Shown here one piece after another: positions 1 to 14,040 of a stretch of 64,000 nucleotides of DNA. The notes under the pieces are model-generated. The model saw only the letters and a program-made list of their open reading frames with translations. It made no database searches and was not told the DNA's origin. A program made the position numbers and the translations under genes. Position 1 is the stretch's first letter. The number at the start of each line of letters is the position of its first letter. The stretch is from Eledone cirrhosa. Taxonomy: Eukaryota. Location of the stretch: the NCBI GenBank assembly GCA_964016885.1, contig OZ024752.1, positions 40,486,001 through 40,550,000 on the forward strand, given 5' to 3'.

Positions 1-2712
1 ATGTCCATTTTAGTGTGGACTGGGTGCTTTTTTGTCGTTACACCTACATGTTCATTTTAGTGTGGACTGGGTGCTTTTTGTCGTTACACCTACATGTCCA
101 TTTTAGTGTGGACTGGGTGCTTTTTTGTCGTTACACCTACATGTCCATTTTAGTGTGGACTGGGTGCTTTTTGTCGTTACGCCTACATGTTCATTTTAGT
201 GTGGACTGGGTGCTTTTTGTCGTTACACCTACATGTTCATTTTAGTGTGGACTGGGTGCTTTTTGTCGTTACACCTACATGTTCATTTTAGTGTGGACTG
301 GGTGCTTTTTGTCGTTACACCTACATGTCCATTTTAGTGTGGACTGGGTGCTTTTTGTCGTTACACCTACATGTCCATTTTAGTGTGGACTGGGTGCTTT
401 TTGTCGTTACACCTACATGTCCATTTTAGTGTGGACTGGGTGCTTTTTGTCGTTACACCTACATGTCCATTTTAGTGTGGACTGGGTGCTTTTTGTCGTT
501 ACACCTACATGTCCATTTTAGTGTGGACTGGGTGCTTTTTTGTCGTTACACCTACATGTCCATTTTAGTGTGGACTGGGTGCTTTTTTGTTGTGACACCT
601 ACATGTCCATTTTAGTGTGGACTGGGTGCTTTTTTGTCGTTACGCCTACATGTCCATTTTAGTGTGGACTGGGTGCTTTTTGTCGTTACGCCTACATGTC
701 CATTTTAGTGTGGACTGGGTGCTTTTTTGTCGTGACGCCTACATGTCCATTTTAGTGTGGACTGGGTGCTTTTTGCCGTTACACCTACATGTCCATTTTA
801 GTGTGGACTGGGTGCTTTTTGCCGTTACACCTACATGTCCATTTTAGTGTGGACTGGGTGCTTTTTGTCGTTACACCTACATGTCCATTTTAGTGTGGAC
901 TGGGTGCTTTTTGTTGTTACACCTACATGTCCATTTTAGTGTGGACTGGGTGCTTTTTTGTCGTTACACCTACATGTCCATTTTAGTGTGGACTGGGTGC
1001 TTTTTGTCGTTACGCCTACATGTTCATTTTAGTGTGGACTGGGTGCTTTTTTGTCGTTACACCTACATGTTCATTTTAGTGTGGACTGGGTGCTTTTTGT
1101 CGTTACACCTACATGTCCATTTTAGTGTGGACTGGGTGCTTTTTGTCGTTACACCTACATGTCCATTTTAGTGTGGACTGGGTGCTTTTTGTCGTTACAC
1201 CTACATGTCCATTTTAGTGTGGACTGGGTGCTTTTTGTCGTTACACCTACATGTCCATTTTAGTGTGGACTGGGTGCTTTTTGTCGTTACGCCTACATGT
1301 CCATTTTAGTGTGGACTGGGTGCTTTTTGTCGTTACTCCTACATGTCCATTTTAGTGTGGACTGGGTGCTTTTTGTCGTTACACCTACATGTCCATTTTA
1401 GTGTGGACTGGGTGCTTTTTGTCGTTACACCTACATGTCCATTTTAGTGTGGACTGGGTGCTTTTTTGTTGTGACACCTACATGTCCATTTTAGTGTGGA
1501 CTGGGTGCTTTTTGTCGTTACACCTACATGTCCATTTTAGTGTGGACTGGGTGCTTTTTTGTCGTTACACCTACATGTCCATTTTAGTGTGGACTGAGTG
1601 CTTTTTTGTCGTTACGCCTACATGTCCATTTTAGTGTGGACTGGGTGCTTTTTGTCGTTACGCCTACATGTCCATTTTAGTGTGGACTGGGTGCTTTTTT
1701 GTCGTTACACCTACATGTCCATTTTAGTGTGGACTGGGTGCTTTTTTGTCGTTACGCCTACATGTCCATTTTAGTGTGGACTGGGTGCTTTTTGTTGTTA
1801 CGCCTACATGTCCATTTTAGTGTGGACTGGGTGCTTTTTTGTCGTGACACCTACATGTCCATTTTAGTGTGGACTGGGTGCTTTTTGCCGTTACACCTAC
1901 ATGTCCATTTTAGTGTGGACTGGGTGCTTTTTGCCGTTACACCTACATGTCCATTTTAGTGTGGACTGGGTGCTTTTTGTCGTTACACCTACATGTTCAT
2001 TTTAGTGTGGACTGGGTGCTTTTTGCCGTTACACCTACATGTCCATTTTAGTGTGGACTGGGTGCTTTTTGCCGTTACACCTACATGTCCATTTTAGTGT
2101 GGACTGGGTGCTTTTTGCCGTTTCACCTACATGTCCATTTTAGTGTGGACTGGGTGCTTTTTGCCGTTACACCTACATGTCCATTTTAGTCTTTTTGCCG
2201 TTACGCCTACATGTCCATTTTAGTGTGGACTGGGTGCTTTTTGTCGTGACACCTACATGTCCATTTTAGTCTTTTTGCCGTTACACCTACATGTCCATTT
2301 TAGTGTGAACTGGGTGCTTTTTGTCGTGACACCTACATGTCCATTTTAGTCTTTTTGCCGTTACACCTACATGTCCATTTTAGTGTGAACTGGGTGCTTT
2401 TTGTCGTGACACCTACATGTCCATTTTAGTCTTTTTGCCGTTACGCCTACATGTCCATTTTAGTGTGGACTAGGTGCTTTTTGTCGTTACGCCTACATGT
2501 CCATTTTAGTGTGGACTGGGTGCTTTTTGTCGTTACACCTACATGTCCATTTTAGTGTGGACTGGGTGCTTTTTGTCGTTACGCCTACATGTCCATTTTA
2601 GTCTTTTTGTCGTTACGCCTACATGTTCATTTTAGTGTGGACTGGGTGCTTTTTGTCGTTACACCTACATGTCCATTTTAGTGTGGACTGGGTGCTTTTT
2701 GTCGTTACACCT
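1..2712. repeat. 46-47 bp minisatellite (~58 copies), related to the SINE/LINE-tail VNTR unit
   Basis: Unit atgtccattttagtgtggactgggtgctttttgtcgttacacctac. Confidence 0.97.
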
Positions 2713-2994
2713 AAATGCTTTTTGTCGTGTATGTATGTGTATGTTTGTGAGTGTGTGTATGTATATGAGTGTATGTATATGTATGTATGTGTGTGAGTGT
2801 GTATATGTGAGAGTATGTATGTATGTGAGTGTGTGGGATAACTAGTTGCTAGCAATCCAGTAAAGAACTGCTATCAGTGAAGTTAAGGAATATCATACTC
2901 TCTGTGTTATCAGAGAAGAAAGGTCAGTCTTTTATGGTTAACTTCTACTGTAGCTACCCCCCCCCCCCCCCCTTCATGGTACTGGCTATATTTT

Positions 2995-4163
2995 GCTGTT
3001 GTTGTTGTTTGTGGTGGTGGTGTTGGTGTTGGTGGTGGTGTTGGTGGTGGTGTTGCTGGTGGTGGGGGGTGGGGTGCTGTTGGTGGTGGTGGTGGTGGTG
3101 TTGCTGTTGGTGGTGGTGTTGGTGGTGGTGGTGGTGGTGGTGTTGGTGCTGTTGGTGGTGTTGGTGTTGCTGTTGGTGGTGGTGGTGCTGTTGGTGGTGG
3201 TGGTGTTGGTGGTGGTGGTGGTGGTGGTGGTGGTGGTGTTGCTGTTGGTGGTGGTGTTGCTGTTGGTGGTGGTGGTGTTGGTGGTGGTGGTGTTGGTGGT
3301 GGTGGTGGTGTTGGTGGTGGTGTTGGTGGTGGTGTTGCTGTTGGTGGTGGTGGCGTTGGTGGTGGTGGTGGTGTTGGTGGTGGTGTTGCTGGTGGTGGTG
3401 GTAGTGGTGGTGGTGGTGGTGTTGCTGTTGGTGGTGGTGGTGTTGTTGGTGGTGGTGGTGGTGGTGGTGGTGGTGTTGCTGTTGGTGGTGGTGGTGTTGT
3501 TGGTGGTGGTGTTGTTGTTGTTGGTGGTGGTGGTGGTGGTGGTGTTGCTGTTGGTGGTGGTGTTAGTGGTGGTGCTGGTAGTGTTGCTGTTGGTGGTGTT
3601 GCTGTTGGTGGTGGTGGTGTTGGTGGTGGTGTTGTTGGTGGTGGTGGTAGTGGTGGTGGTGGTGGTGTTGCTGTTGGTGGTGGTGGTGTTGGTGGTGGTG
3701 TTGTTGTTGGTGGTGGTGTTGCTGTTGTTGTTGGTTGTCTTGGTGGTGGTGTTGTTGGTGGTGGTGTTGGTGTTGGTGGTGGTGGTGTTGGTGGTGGTGT
3801 TGTTGGTGGTGGTGGTAGTGGTGGTGGTGGTGGTGTTGCTGTTGGTGGTGGTGGTGTTGGTGGTGGTGTTGTTGTTGGTGGTGGTGTTGCTGTTGTTGTT
3901 GGTTGTCTTGGTGGTGGTGGTGTTGGTGGTGGTGTTGGTAGTGGTGGTGGTGGTGTTGCTGTTGGTGGTGGTACTGGTAGTGTTGCTGTTGGTGGTGGTG
4001 GTGTTGGTGGTGGTGTTGTTGTTGGTGGTGGTGTTGCTGTTGTTGTTGGTTGTCTTGGTGGTGGTGTTGTTGGTGGTGGTGTTGGTGCTGTTGTTGTTGG
4101 TTGTCTTGGTGGTGGTGGTATTGTTGTAGTTGGTGGTGTTGGTGTTGGTATTGTTGTTGTTGT
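2995..4163. repeat. Compound (GGT/GTT/GCT)n trinucleotide tract
   Basis: Visible directly; explains the poly-V/W/H ORFs. Confidence 0.97.
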
Positions 4164-4533
4164 ATCATCATCTTTATATACAGGTTTATTTCACCATCTC
4201 CTCATATACAGGTTTTTATAACAAGTTACATCATTTTATTAACTTCTCCTTCACTATAATTTCTCAGTTGAGCAAGTTTTAATTGTTTATTTTATATACC
4301 GTATTTTCTGGTGTCGAAGACACTAATTTTTTCCTAAAATAAGTCTAAAAAATCTATCATACGTCCTGGAGGCCGAAGGTTGTTTATTATATTTTTCGAA
4401 GTTTTAGTTGTCAAAATTAGGATGTGTCCTCGAGGACAAAGCATCTTCAGCGCCGGGAAATACGGTACCTTTTTTGTTCTTTTTTTAATCATTTCTGTAA
4501 TGTTTTCAATTTTGAATCTGTTGATTATTTCAG

Positions 4534-4646
4534 AAGATGATGACTTCAGCAGTGATGAGGAAACATCAGCAGTCAATACCAGTTTACCAATCTCATCAGA
4601 ACATTTTGCTTCTGGAGGAGCCAGAATTACAGCTGGTGTCAGTTCG
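4534..4646 (+). CDS. ARAP: ARAP-like gene exon: acidic linker upstream of PH1, (E)DDDFSSDEETSAVNTSLPISSEHFASGGARITAGVSS
   Basis: ttattTCAG acceptor, GTAAAT donor, open frame, ends in phase 0 matching the next exon. No domain motif, so less certain. Confidence 0.65.
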
Positions 4647-4734
4647 GTAAATATCTATTCTTTGTACAATATTATTGTATGTAGGTTGGATCTAAAGCTT
4701 CAATAATAATCCTGCTTGATTCCTAGTTAGCAGT

Positions 4735-6096
4735 AGCTTATATCCGGCCAGAATACTCTGACTTCCTTCTATTCAAACCGGCTCTAACAAGCCACTCATA
4801 CTGATGTTAAGGTATTGTTATCAAAATAAATAATATCAAAATCTCATAGATTCGATATTGTGTGAGATAATTATGTGAGGTAAAGGCTTTACCATGAAAA
4901 TATAATAGTATATATAGAGTAATGTAACTGTTATGTGAGATAATTATGTGAGGTAAAGCCTTTACCATGGAAATATAATAGTATATATAGAGTAATGTAA
5001 CTGTTATGTGAGATAATTATGTGAGGTAAAGCCTTTACCATGAAAATATAATAGTATATATAGAGTAATGTGAATATTATGTGAGATAATTATGTGAGGT
5101 AAAGCCTTTACCATGAAAATATAATAGTATATATAGAGTAATGTAACTGTTATGTGAGATAATTATGTGAGGTAAAGCCTTTACCATGGAAATATAATAG
5201 TATATATAGAGTAATGTAAATGTTATGTGAGATAATTATGTGAGGTAAAGCCTTTACCATGGAAATATAATAGTATATATAGAGTAATGTAACTGTTATG
5301 TGAGGTAAAGGCTTTACCATGGAAATATAATAGTATATATAGAGTAATGTAACTGTTATGTGAGATAATTATGTGAGGTAAAGCCTTTACCATGGAAATA
5401 TAATAGTATATATAGAGTAATGTGAATATTATGTGAGATAATTATGTGAGGTAAAGCCTTTACCATGGAAATATAATAGTATATATAGAGTAATGTGAAT
5501 ATTATGTGAGATAATTATGTGAGGTAAAGCCTTTACCATGGAAATATAATAGTATATATAGAGTAATGTAACTGTTATGTGAGATAATTATGTGAGGTAA
5601 AGCCTTTACCATGAAAATATAATAGTATATATAGAGTAATGTAACTGTTATGTGAGATAATTATGTGAGGTAAAGCCTTTACCATGGAAATATAATAGTA
5701 TATATAGAGTAATGTGAATATTATGTGAGATAATTATGTGAGGTAAAGCCTTTACCATGGAAATATAATAGTATATATAGAGTAATGTAACTGTTATGTG
5801 AGATAATTATGTGAGGTAAAGCCTTTACCATGAAAATATAATAGTATATATAGAGTAATGTAACTGTTATGTGAGATAATTATGTGAGGTAAAGCCTTTA
5901 CCATGGAAATATAATAGTATATATAGAGTAATGTAAATGTTATGTGAGATAATTATGTGAGGTAAAGCCTTTACCATGAAAATATAATAGTAAATATAGA
6001 GTAATGTGAATGTTATGTGAGATAATTATGTGAGGTAAAGCCTTTACCATGAAAATATAATAGTATATATAGAGTAATGTGAATGCTAAAGGGTTA
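4735..6096. mobile_element. piggyBac-like MITE copy with an internal 73-bp segment tandemly amplified ~17 times
   Basis: Body matches the MITE at 6121; ends aatgctaaagggTTAA; 73-bp period from ~4860. Confidence 0.85.
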
Positions 6097-6120
6097 ACAA
6101 TCCTAGCCTTTCCCTCTTAC

Positions 6121-6352
6121 TTAACCCTTTAGCATTTAAACCGGTCGTATCCGGCCAGAATTCTCTCACCTCTTTCTATTCAAACCGGCTGTAACAAGCC
6201 ACTCATACTAATGTTAAGCTATTGTTATCAAAATAAATATATATCAAAATCTCATAGATTCGATATTATGTGAGATACTTATGTGAGGTAAAGCCTTTAA
6301 CCTGAAAATACAATAATAAATATATAGAGTAATGTAAATGCTAAAGGGTTAA
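6121..6352. mobile_element. piggyBac-like MITE (~230 bp); further copies at ~22943, 26635, 28869, 31588 (split by a SINE), 34313, 51052, 52924, 61293
   Basis: TTAA|CCCTTTAGCATTTA...TAAATGCTAAAGGG|TTAA terminal inverted repeats with TTAA targets. Confidence 0.88.
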
Positions 6353-6681
6353 TTAGACAACCACAGCCTTGTGAACACCAGTGGCTTCACAGATGATCGA
6401 CTATTAATTTGACAATGGTGGCACAACTGTTCTAGTTAGCGTAGATATAGCTATGAATATGCAGGTGTGGTGAGCCACATATATTCTAGCCATTAGAAGA
6501 AGCAAAATAAATGCTTCACCTTCAATGGGGAGATAACTGAAGAAGATAATTGTATGTAGTAAATACATTTTTTTCTGTCTGTCATGCTGTTTTATTTTTC
6601 TTTGTCTTAAGAAAGTAGACTTCCAGCAGACCTGGTTTTAGGAAAGTGGTTCTGGGGGTTACTAATGAAGGAGAAATGAAT

Positions 6682-7118
6682 AGAACTGTAGATATATGTA
6701 GAGCTGTAGATATATGTAGAGCTGTAGATATATGTAAAGTTATAGATATATTGTAGAGCTGTAGATATATGTAGAGCTGTAGATATATGTAGAACTGTAG
6801 ATATATGTAGAACTGTAGATATATGTAAAGTTATTGATATATTGTAGAGCTGTAGATATATGTAGAGCTGTAGATATATGTAGAACTGTAGATATATGTA
6901 GAGCTGTAGATATATTATAGAGCTGTAGATATATGTAGAGCTGTAGATATATGTAGAACTGTAGATATATGTAGAACTGTAGATATATGTAGAGCTGTAG
7001 ATATATTGTAGAACTGTAGATATATGTAGAACTGTAGATATATGTAGAACTGTAGATATATGTAAAGTTATAGATATATTGTAGAGCTGTAGATATATGT
7101 AGAGCTGTAGATATATTG
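6682..7118. repeat. 18-bp minisatellite (gtagatatatgtagagct)
   Basis: Visible directly; same unit as 9278-12390. Confidence 0.95.
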
Positions 7119-7612
7119 CAGTGAAAATAGAAGTTAAATGATGGTGATTGTGTTGGTGATGATGATATGAATATAACAATTTGTTTCCAATTAACCATCT
7201 CGTCACTAAATGATGGTGATTGTGTTGGTGATGATGATATGAATATCCAATTAACCATCTCATCACAGAATTGTGTAGCCTTCTAGTTGGACCTAATCAG
7301 TGGCTAGCTCTCACTTAATGTGATGATGATGATGTTATTATGCTGTTGACAATAATGTTGATAATGATCTTTATGTTTACCCTACTGTTTCCAATCAGAC
7401 ATCTCATCACAGAACTGTGTGGCCTTCTAACTGGTTCTTATCTCCAGTTTCTGTGAAATTTAAGCATATAAAAGACCAATTAATTATTCTAGATTAGATA
7501 ACGATCTATTACAGTTTACCTTTACTTTTTATTCTGGGAAGATTTGAACCCAGCACAGTCAGTCACTGAATATACTGTTAATTTTTACCATCCTGTGGCA
7601 AGCTGGATATGA

Positions 7613-7915
7613 GAAATAGCAACCAATTCTCCCTCAAACCACATCCTCTACTATCTGAAGATCAGAAATAGCAACCAAATCTCCCTCAAACCATATCCTC
7701 TAGTATCTGAAGATTTGAAATAGCAACCAAATCTCCCTCAAACCATATCCTCTTCTATCTGAAGATTAGAAATAGCAACCAATTCTCCCTCAAACCATAT
7801 CCTCTTCTATCTGAAGATTAGAAATAGCAACCAATTCTCCCTCAAACCATATCCTCTACTATCTGAAGATTAGAAATAGCAACCAAATTTCTTTCAAATC
7901 ACACCCTCTACTATC
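7613..7915. repeat. 52-bp tandem repeat, 6 copies
   Basis: Unit gaaatagcaaccaattctccctcaaaccatatcctc... Confidence 0.9.
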
Positions 7916-8032
7916 TACTAGTGTCTCTAGTATCTACTAATGCCAACCTCATTTACAGTGAGTACTGAGTACTTTTTGTTGTGACACCTACACAACCACT
8001 ACAGTGTGGACTGGAGGCTTCACTTGATATAT

Positions 8033-8109
<77 letters not shown>

Positions 8110-8262
8110 TTTTTATATATATATATATAAAACATGAGAAGAATGAATACTGCGTGGTTGCACATGGGTTACATATGATAAAAATAGTCCTTCATCAGTG
8201 ATTTTCCAACCTTCATTGGTATTTCATTGCTTTAAAAATCATATACCTCCAGTTGGTGCGAG

Positions 8263-8336
<74 letters not shown>

Positions 8337-8635
8337 TCATTTCATCATTTCATTTCACGTCCACTTTTCCCTGAATGCAAGGGTGGGACGGGAACTGATT
8401 CTGGCTTGATTTCTACAGCTGGATGCCCTTCCTAACACCAACCTCATTTACAGTGAGTGCTGGGTGCTTTTTTGCCATGGCACCTCCACGACCACTTTGC
8501 AGTGGAATGATAGGGACCCCAGTCCCTATCATCTCATTTCTACAGCTGAGTAAACTGGAGCAATGTGAAATAAAGGGTCTTGCTCAAGGATGTGTTGTTT
8601 CCTTGAGCAAGACACTTTATTTCACATTGCTCCAG

Positions 8636-8703
<68 letters not shown>

Positions 8704-8706
<3 letters not shown>

Positions 8707-9045
8707 ATGCACATGGCTTACTGGTTAGTGGTTGGCCTTGCAATCGAAAGGTTGTGAGTTCAATTCTCTGACCGGGTGATGTGTTGTTTCCTTGAGCAAG
8801 ACACTTTATTTCACATTGCTCCAGTTTACTCAGCTGTAGAAATGAGATGATAGGGACTGGGGTCCCTATCATTCCACGGCAAAGTGGTCGTGGAGGTGCC
8901 ATGGATAAAAAGCACCCGGCACTCACTCTAAATGAGGTTGGTGTTAGGAAGGGCATCCAGCTGTAGAAATCAAGTCAGAATCGGTTCCCGTCCCACCCTT
9001 GCAAGCAGGAAAAGGCGGACGTAAAATGATGATGATCTTGATGAT
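8704..9045 (+). mobile_element. tRNA-derived CORE-type SINE with RTE-LINE 3' tail (family 1); other copies at ~8335-8590(-), 13208-13738(-), 28447-28755(+), 31615-31959(+), 37217-37614(+), 45219-45648
   Basis: A box TGGCTTAGTGG and B box GAGTTCAATTC in family copies, MIR-core-like ccttgagcaagacactt...cagtttactcagctgtagaaatg, tail cccttgcaagcagg...ggacgtaaaa(tga)n shared with the LINE at 33060. Confidence 0.88.
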
Positions 9046-9086
9046 GAGATACATGTAATTATTTTCATTATTTATTTCTCTTCTAG

Positions 9087-9130
9087 CCACGTTCTTCAGA
9101 AAGGAGCGGCTACCTCTACAAACAAGGAGG
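9087..9130 (+). CDS. ARAP: ARAP-like exon: PH1 beta1, PRSSERSGYLYKQG(G)
   Basis: tttctcttctAG / GTAAGT; GYLYKQGG PH motif; phase 2 end joins 12565. Confidence 0.9.
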
Positions 9131-9277
9131 GTAAGTATCTTTACATATTTTTCTTTCCTTCTACTGAAATGCAATGTTGTTCTTCATGTAATGTATTTTT
9201 AATATTTATAAGAAAACTTCCACAAAAAAACAAACAAAAGCTGTGACTTCTTTTACTTAAGTTTTATCAATTTTGTA

Positions 9278-12200
9278 GTAGATATATGTAGAACTGTAGA
9301 TATATGTAGAGCTGTAGATATATGTAGAACTGTAGATATATGTAGAACTGTAGATATATGTAGAGCTGTAGATATATGTAGAGCTGTAGATATATGTAGA
9401 GCTGTAGATATATGTAGAACTGTAGATATATGTAGAACTGTAGATATATGTAGAGCTGTAGATATATGTAGAGTTGTAGATATATGTAGAGCTGTAGATA
9501 TATGTAGAACTGTAGATATATGTAGAACTGTAGATATATGTAGAGCTGTAGATATATGTAGAGCTGTAGATATATGTAGAACTGTAGATATATGTAGAGC
9601 TGTAGATATATGTAGAGCTGTAGATATATATGTAGAGCTGTAGATATATGTAGAACTGTAGATATATGTAGAGCTGTAGATATATGTGGAGCTGTAGATA
9701 TATTGTAGAGCTGTAGATATATTGTAGAGCTGTAGATATATGTAAAGCTGTAGATATATGTAGAGTTGTAGATATATGTAGAACTGTAGATATATGTAGA
9801 ACTGTAGATATATGTGGAGCTGTAGATATATTGTAGAGCTGTAGATATATGTAGAACTGTAGATATATGTAGAGCTGTAGATATATGTAGAGTTGTAGAT
9901 ATATGTAGAACTGTAGATATATGTAGAGCTGTAGATATATGTAGAGCTGTAGATATATGTAGAGCTGTAGATATATGTAGATCTGTAGATATATGTAGAT
10001 CTGTAGATATATGTAGATCTGTAGATATATGTAGATCTGTAGATATATGTAGAACTGTAGATATATGTAGAGCTGTAGATATATGTAGAGCTATAGATAT
10101 ATGTAGAGCTGTAGATATATTATAGAACTGTAGATATATGTGGAGCTACAGATATATGTAGAGCTACAGATATATGTAGAGCTGTAGATATCTTGTAGAA
10201 CTGTAGATATATGTAGAGCTCTAGATATATGTAGAACTGTAGATATATGTAGAGTTGTAGATATATGTAGAGTTGTAGATATATGTAGAGTTGTAGATAT
10301 ATGTAGAACTGTAGATATACGTGGAGTTGTAGATATATGTAGAGTTGTAGATATATGTAGTATTGTAGATATATGTAGAGTTGTAGATATATGTAGAGTT
10401 GTAGATATATGTAGAGTTGTAGATATATGTAGAGTTGTAGATATATGTAGAGTTGTAGATATATGTAGAGTTGTAGATATATGTAGAACTGTAGATATAT
10501 GTAGAACTGTAGATATATGTAGAGCTGTAGATATATGTAGAGCTGTAGATATATGTAGAGCTGTAGATATATGTAGAGCTGTAGATATATGTAGAACTGT
10601 AGATATATGTAGAACTGTAGATATATGTAGAGCTGTAGATATATGTAGAGTTGTAGATATATGTAGAGCTGTAGATATATGTAGAACTGTAGATATATGT
10701 AGAACTGTAGATATATGTAGAGCTGTAGATATATGTAGAGCTGTAGATATATGTAGAACTGTAGATATATGTAGAGCTGTAGATATATGTAGAGCTGTAG
10801 ATATATGTAGAGCTGTAGATATATATGTAGAGCTGTAGATATATGTAGAACTGTAGATATATGTAGAGCTGTAGATATATGTGGAGCTGTAGATATATTG
10901 TAGAGCTGTAGATATATGTAGAACTGTAGATATATGTAAAGCTGTAGATATATGTAGAGTTGTAGATATATGTAGAACTGTAGATATATGTAGAACTGTA
11001 GATATATGTGGAGCTGTAGATATATTGTAGAGCTGTAGATATATGTAGAACTGTAGATATATGTAGAGCTGTAGATATATGTAGAGTTGTAGATATATGT
11101 AGAACTGTAGATATATGTAGAGCTGTAGATATATGTAGAGCTGTAGATATATGTAGAGCTGTAGATATATGTAGATCTGTAGATATATGTAGATCTGTAG
11201 ATATATGTAGATCTGTAGATATATGTAGATCTGTAGATATATGTAGAACTGTAGATATATGTAGAGCTGTAGATATATGTAGAGCTATAGATATATGTAG
11301 AGCTGTAGATATATTATAGAACTGTAGATATATGTGGAGCTACAGATATATGTAGAGCTACAGATATATGTAGAGCTGTAGATATCTTGTAGAACTGTAG
11401 ATATATGTAGAGCTCTAGATATATGTAGAACTGTAGATATATGTAGAGTTGTAGATATATGTAGAGTTGTAGATATATGTAGAGTTGTAGATATATGTAG
11501 AACTGTAGATATACGTGGAGTTGTAGATATATGTAGAGTTGTAGATATATGTAGAGTTGTAGATATATGTAGAGTTGTAGATATATGTAGAGTTGTAGAT
11601 ATATGTAGAGTTGTAGATATATGTAGAGTTGTAGATATATGTAGAGTTGTAGATATATGTAGAGTTGTAGATATATGTAGAGTTGTAGATATATGTAGAG
11701 TTGTAGATATATGTAGAGTTGTAGATATATGTAGAACTGTAGATATACGTGGAGTTGTAGATATATGTAGAGTTGTAGATATATGTAGAGTTGTAGATAT
11801 ATGTAGAGTTGTAGATATATGTAGAGTTGTAGATATATGTAGAGTTGTAGATATATGTAGAACTGTAGATATATGTAGAGTTGTAGATATATGTAGAGTT
11901 GTAGATATATGTAGAGTTGTAGATATATGTAGAGCTGTAGATATATGTAGAGCTATAGATATATGTAGAGCTGTAGATATATTGTAGAACTGTAGATATA
12001 TGTAGAACTGTAGATATATGTATAGTTATAGATATATTATAGAACTGTAGATATATGTGGAGCTACAGATATATGTAGAGCTACAGATATATGTAGAGCT
12101 ACAGATATATGTAGAGCTGTAGATATCTTGTAGAACTGTAGATATATTGTAGAACTGTAGATATACGTGGAGTTGTAGATATATGTAGAGTTGTAGATAT

Positions 12201-12390
12201 ATGTAGAGTTGTAAATATATGTAGAGTTGTAGATATATGTAGAGTTGTAGATATATGTAGAGTTGTAGATATATGTATAGTTATAGATATATTATAGAAC
12301 TGTAGATATATGTGGAGCTACAGATATATGTAGAGCTACAGATATATGTAGAGCTGTAGATATCTTGTAGAACTGTAGATATATGTAGAT
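9278..12390. repeat. 18-bp minisatellite array, ~3.1 kb, with ~1.2-kb higher-order duplication
   Basis: Variant blocks (agatct run, gctaca pair) recur ~1195 bp apart. Confidence 0.95.
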
Positions 12391-12564
12391 TATAGCTATT
12401 GATATATATAATATGTAGAGGTGAGTCCTTTATAACAGTGGAATATTATAGTTGTAGTATTCATATCTAAATAATTTCCTAATATTTACAGATTTGAGTT
12501 TACAAAATAAAGTGTTGATTGCTTTACATAAAGTGTTTTTTCTCCCCCTATTTTTCTACTTCAG

Positions 12565-12643
12565 AGTGCAGGGAAATAAAGGTTGGCGGAAACGCTGGGT
12601 GATATTCAATGGCAGCGATTTACGATATTATACAAATCCAAAG
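12565..12643 (+). CDS. ARAP: ARAP-like exon: PH1, VQGNKGWRKRWVIFNGSDLRYYTNPK
   Basis: Polypyrimidine tract + CAG, GTAAAA donor; WRKRW...LRYY PH signature. Confidence 0.95.
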
Positions 12644-12772
12644 GTAAAACATTTTAATTTGAAATGTTAACTGAAATTTAATCTCATCATTTTTTCCTAT
12701 TATGTAGATTTACACACGCACGCACACACACACACACTGTATGTGTGTAGAAACATACATTATATACTTCTA

Positions 12773-13020
12773 AAATACCGGAGAGCTCAATTTGCTGGCC
12801 ACTGTCACCGTGCCAGCAATGAAATTATATCCGCTCTCTTGCTCTGGAACCCTGACTCCAGCCTGACTAGGAGTAGGAAGCTGTCATTCCCTGACGTTAT
12901 CTCTAGGGATACGGGAATCAGTAGACAGGATCTGGGGGCAGCGATGGGGGACAGGGCATTCTGGGGCATGAGAGTGAGATCCATCATCTCGACAGTAGCC
13001 GACGAATGATGATGATGATG
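12773..13020 (+). mobile_element. 5'-truncated LINE 3' end (RTE/RTE-X-like)
   Basis: RRAQFAGHCHR...LLW...D..SRDTG C-terminal pattern, stop codon followed by (GAT)n tail. Confidence 0.75.
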
Positions 13021-14040
13021 ATATACTTGAATAGAAGCTGAGGGACATGTGACCCCCCAAAAAAAAATTGATTGTAGATGAGGGGTTGGGGTGTCAATTT
13101 ACATTCAGGGGGGTCAATATTTTGACAATTTTCACCAACTTTAGATTCTATGTAAATAAGGCCTGAATATTTACCCATTTCTCAGACATAAAATAGTGAG
13201 GCCCACTTATCATCATCATTTTACGTCCGCTTCTCCCTGCTTGCAAGGGTGGGGCGGGAACTGATTCTGGCTTGATTTCTACAGCTGGATGCCCTTCCTA
13301 ACACCAACCTCATTTGCAGTGTGGGCTGGGTGCTTTTTTTCCATGGTGCCTACATGTCCACTTTACAGTGTGGGCTGGGTGCTTTTTTGCTGTGGCACTT
13401 CCACAGCCACTTTATAGTGTGGGCTGGGTGCTTTTTTGCTGTGGCACCTCCATGAACACTTTGCAGTGTGGGCTGGGTGCTTTTTTTCCGTGGTGCCTAC
13501 ACGTCCACTTTACAGTGTGGGCTGGGTGCTTTTTTGCCGTGGCACCTCCACGACCACTTTGCAGTGGAATGATATGGACCCCAGTCCCTATCATCTCATT
13601 TCTACAGCTGAGTAAACTGGAGCAATGTGAAATAAAGTGTCTTGCTCAAGGAAACAACACATCACCTGGTCTGAGGATTGAACTCACAACCTTTTGATTG
13701 CAAGGCCAATGCTCTAACCACTAAGCCATGTGCCTCCATATATATAAACTTATATTTGAGTATATATGGTAATTAGGGAGGAGGAGGGGCCTTCAGGTAA
13801 AATGCAATTATGAGGAGAAAGGATTGGAAGAAGTACTCAATGCAGAACTTAAGTAGTGAGTGCAACTCTACCATTGAGTGGTAGATTTAATTTTATTTTG
13901 GAATTCACTGTTTTGCAAGGGTTTAGCGTAGGTCCCTGGTGTGAGGATCACATCCCCTCTTCTCTCCAGTCTTGAAGGCTCTGAACAATGAGAGATTGTG
14001 GGGGCTGCTGTTCCCTGCCCCACCGGATGTAAGACTAACG

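Noticed and set aside
1-2712. CRISPR-like regular array (also 15.6 kb and 29.4 kb)
   Set aside because: No unique spacers, no cas genes, eukaryotic context; these are plain tandem repeats.
2877-4259. Poly-V/W/H/Q ORFs
   Set aside because: Trinucleotide microsatellite translations.
6612-6650. Possible extra exon (TSSRPGFRK) after a polypyrimidine tract
   Set aside because: No convincing donor, and phases already fit between 4646 and 9087 without it; needs cDNA evidence.
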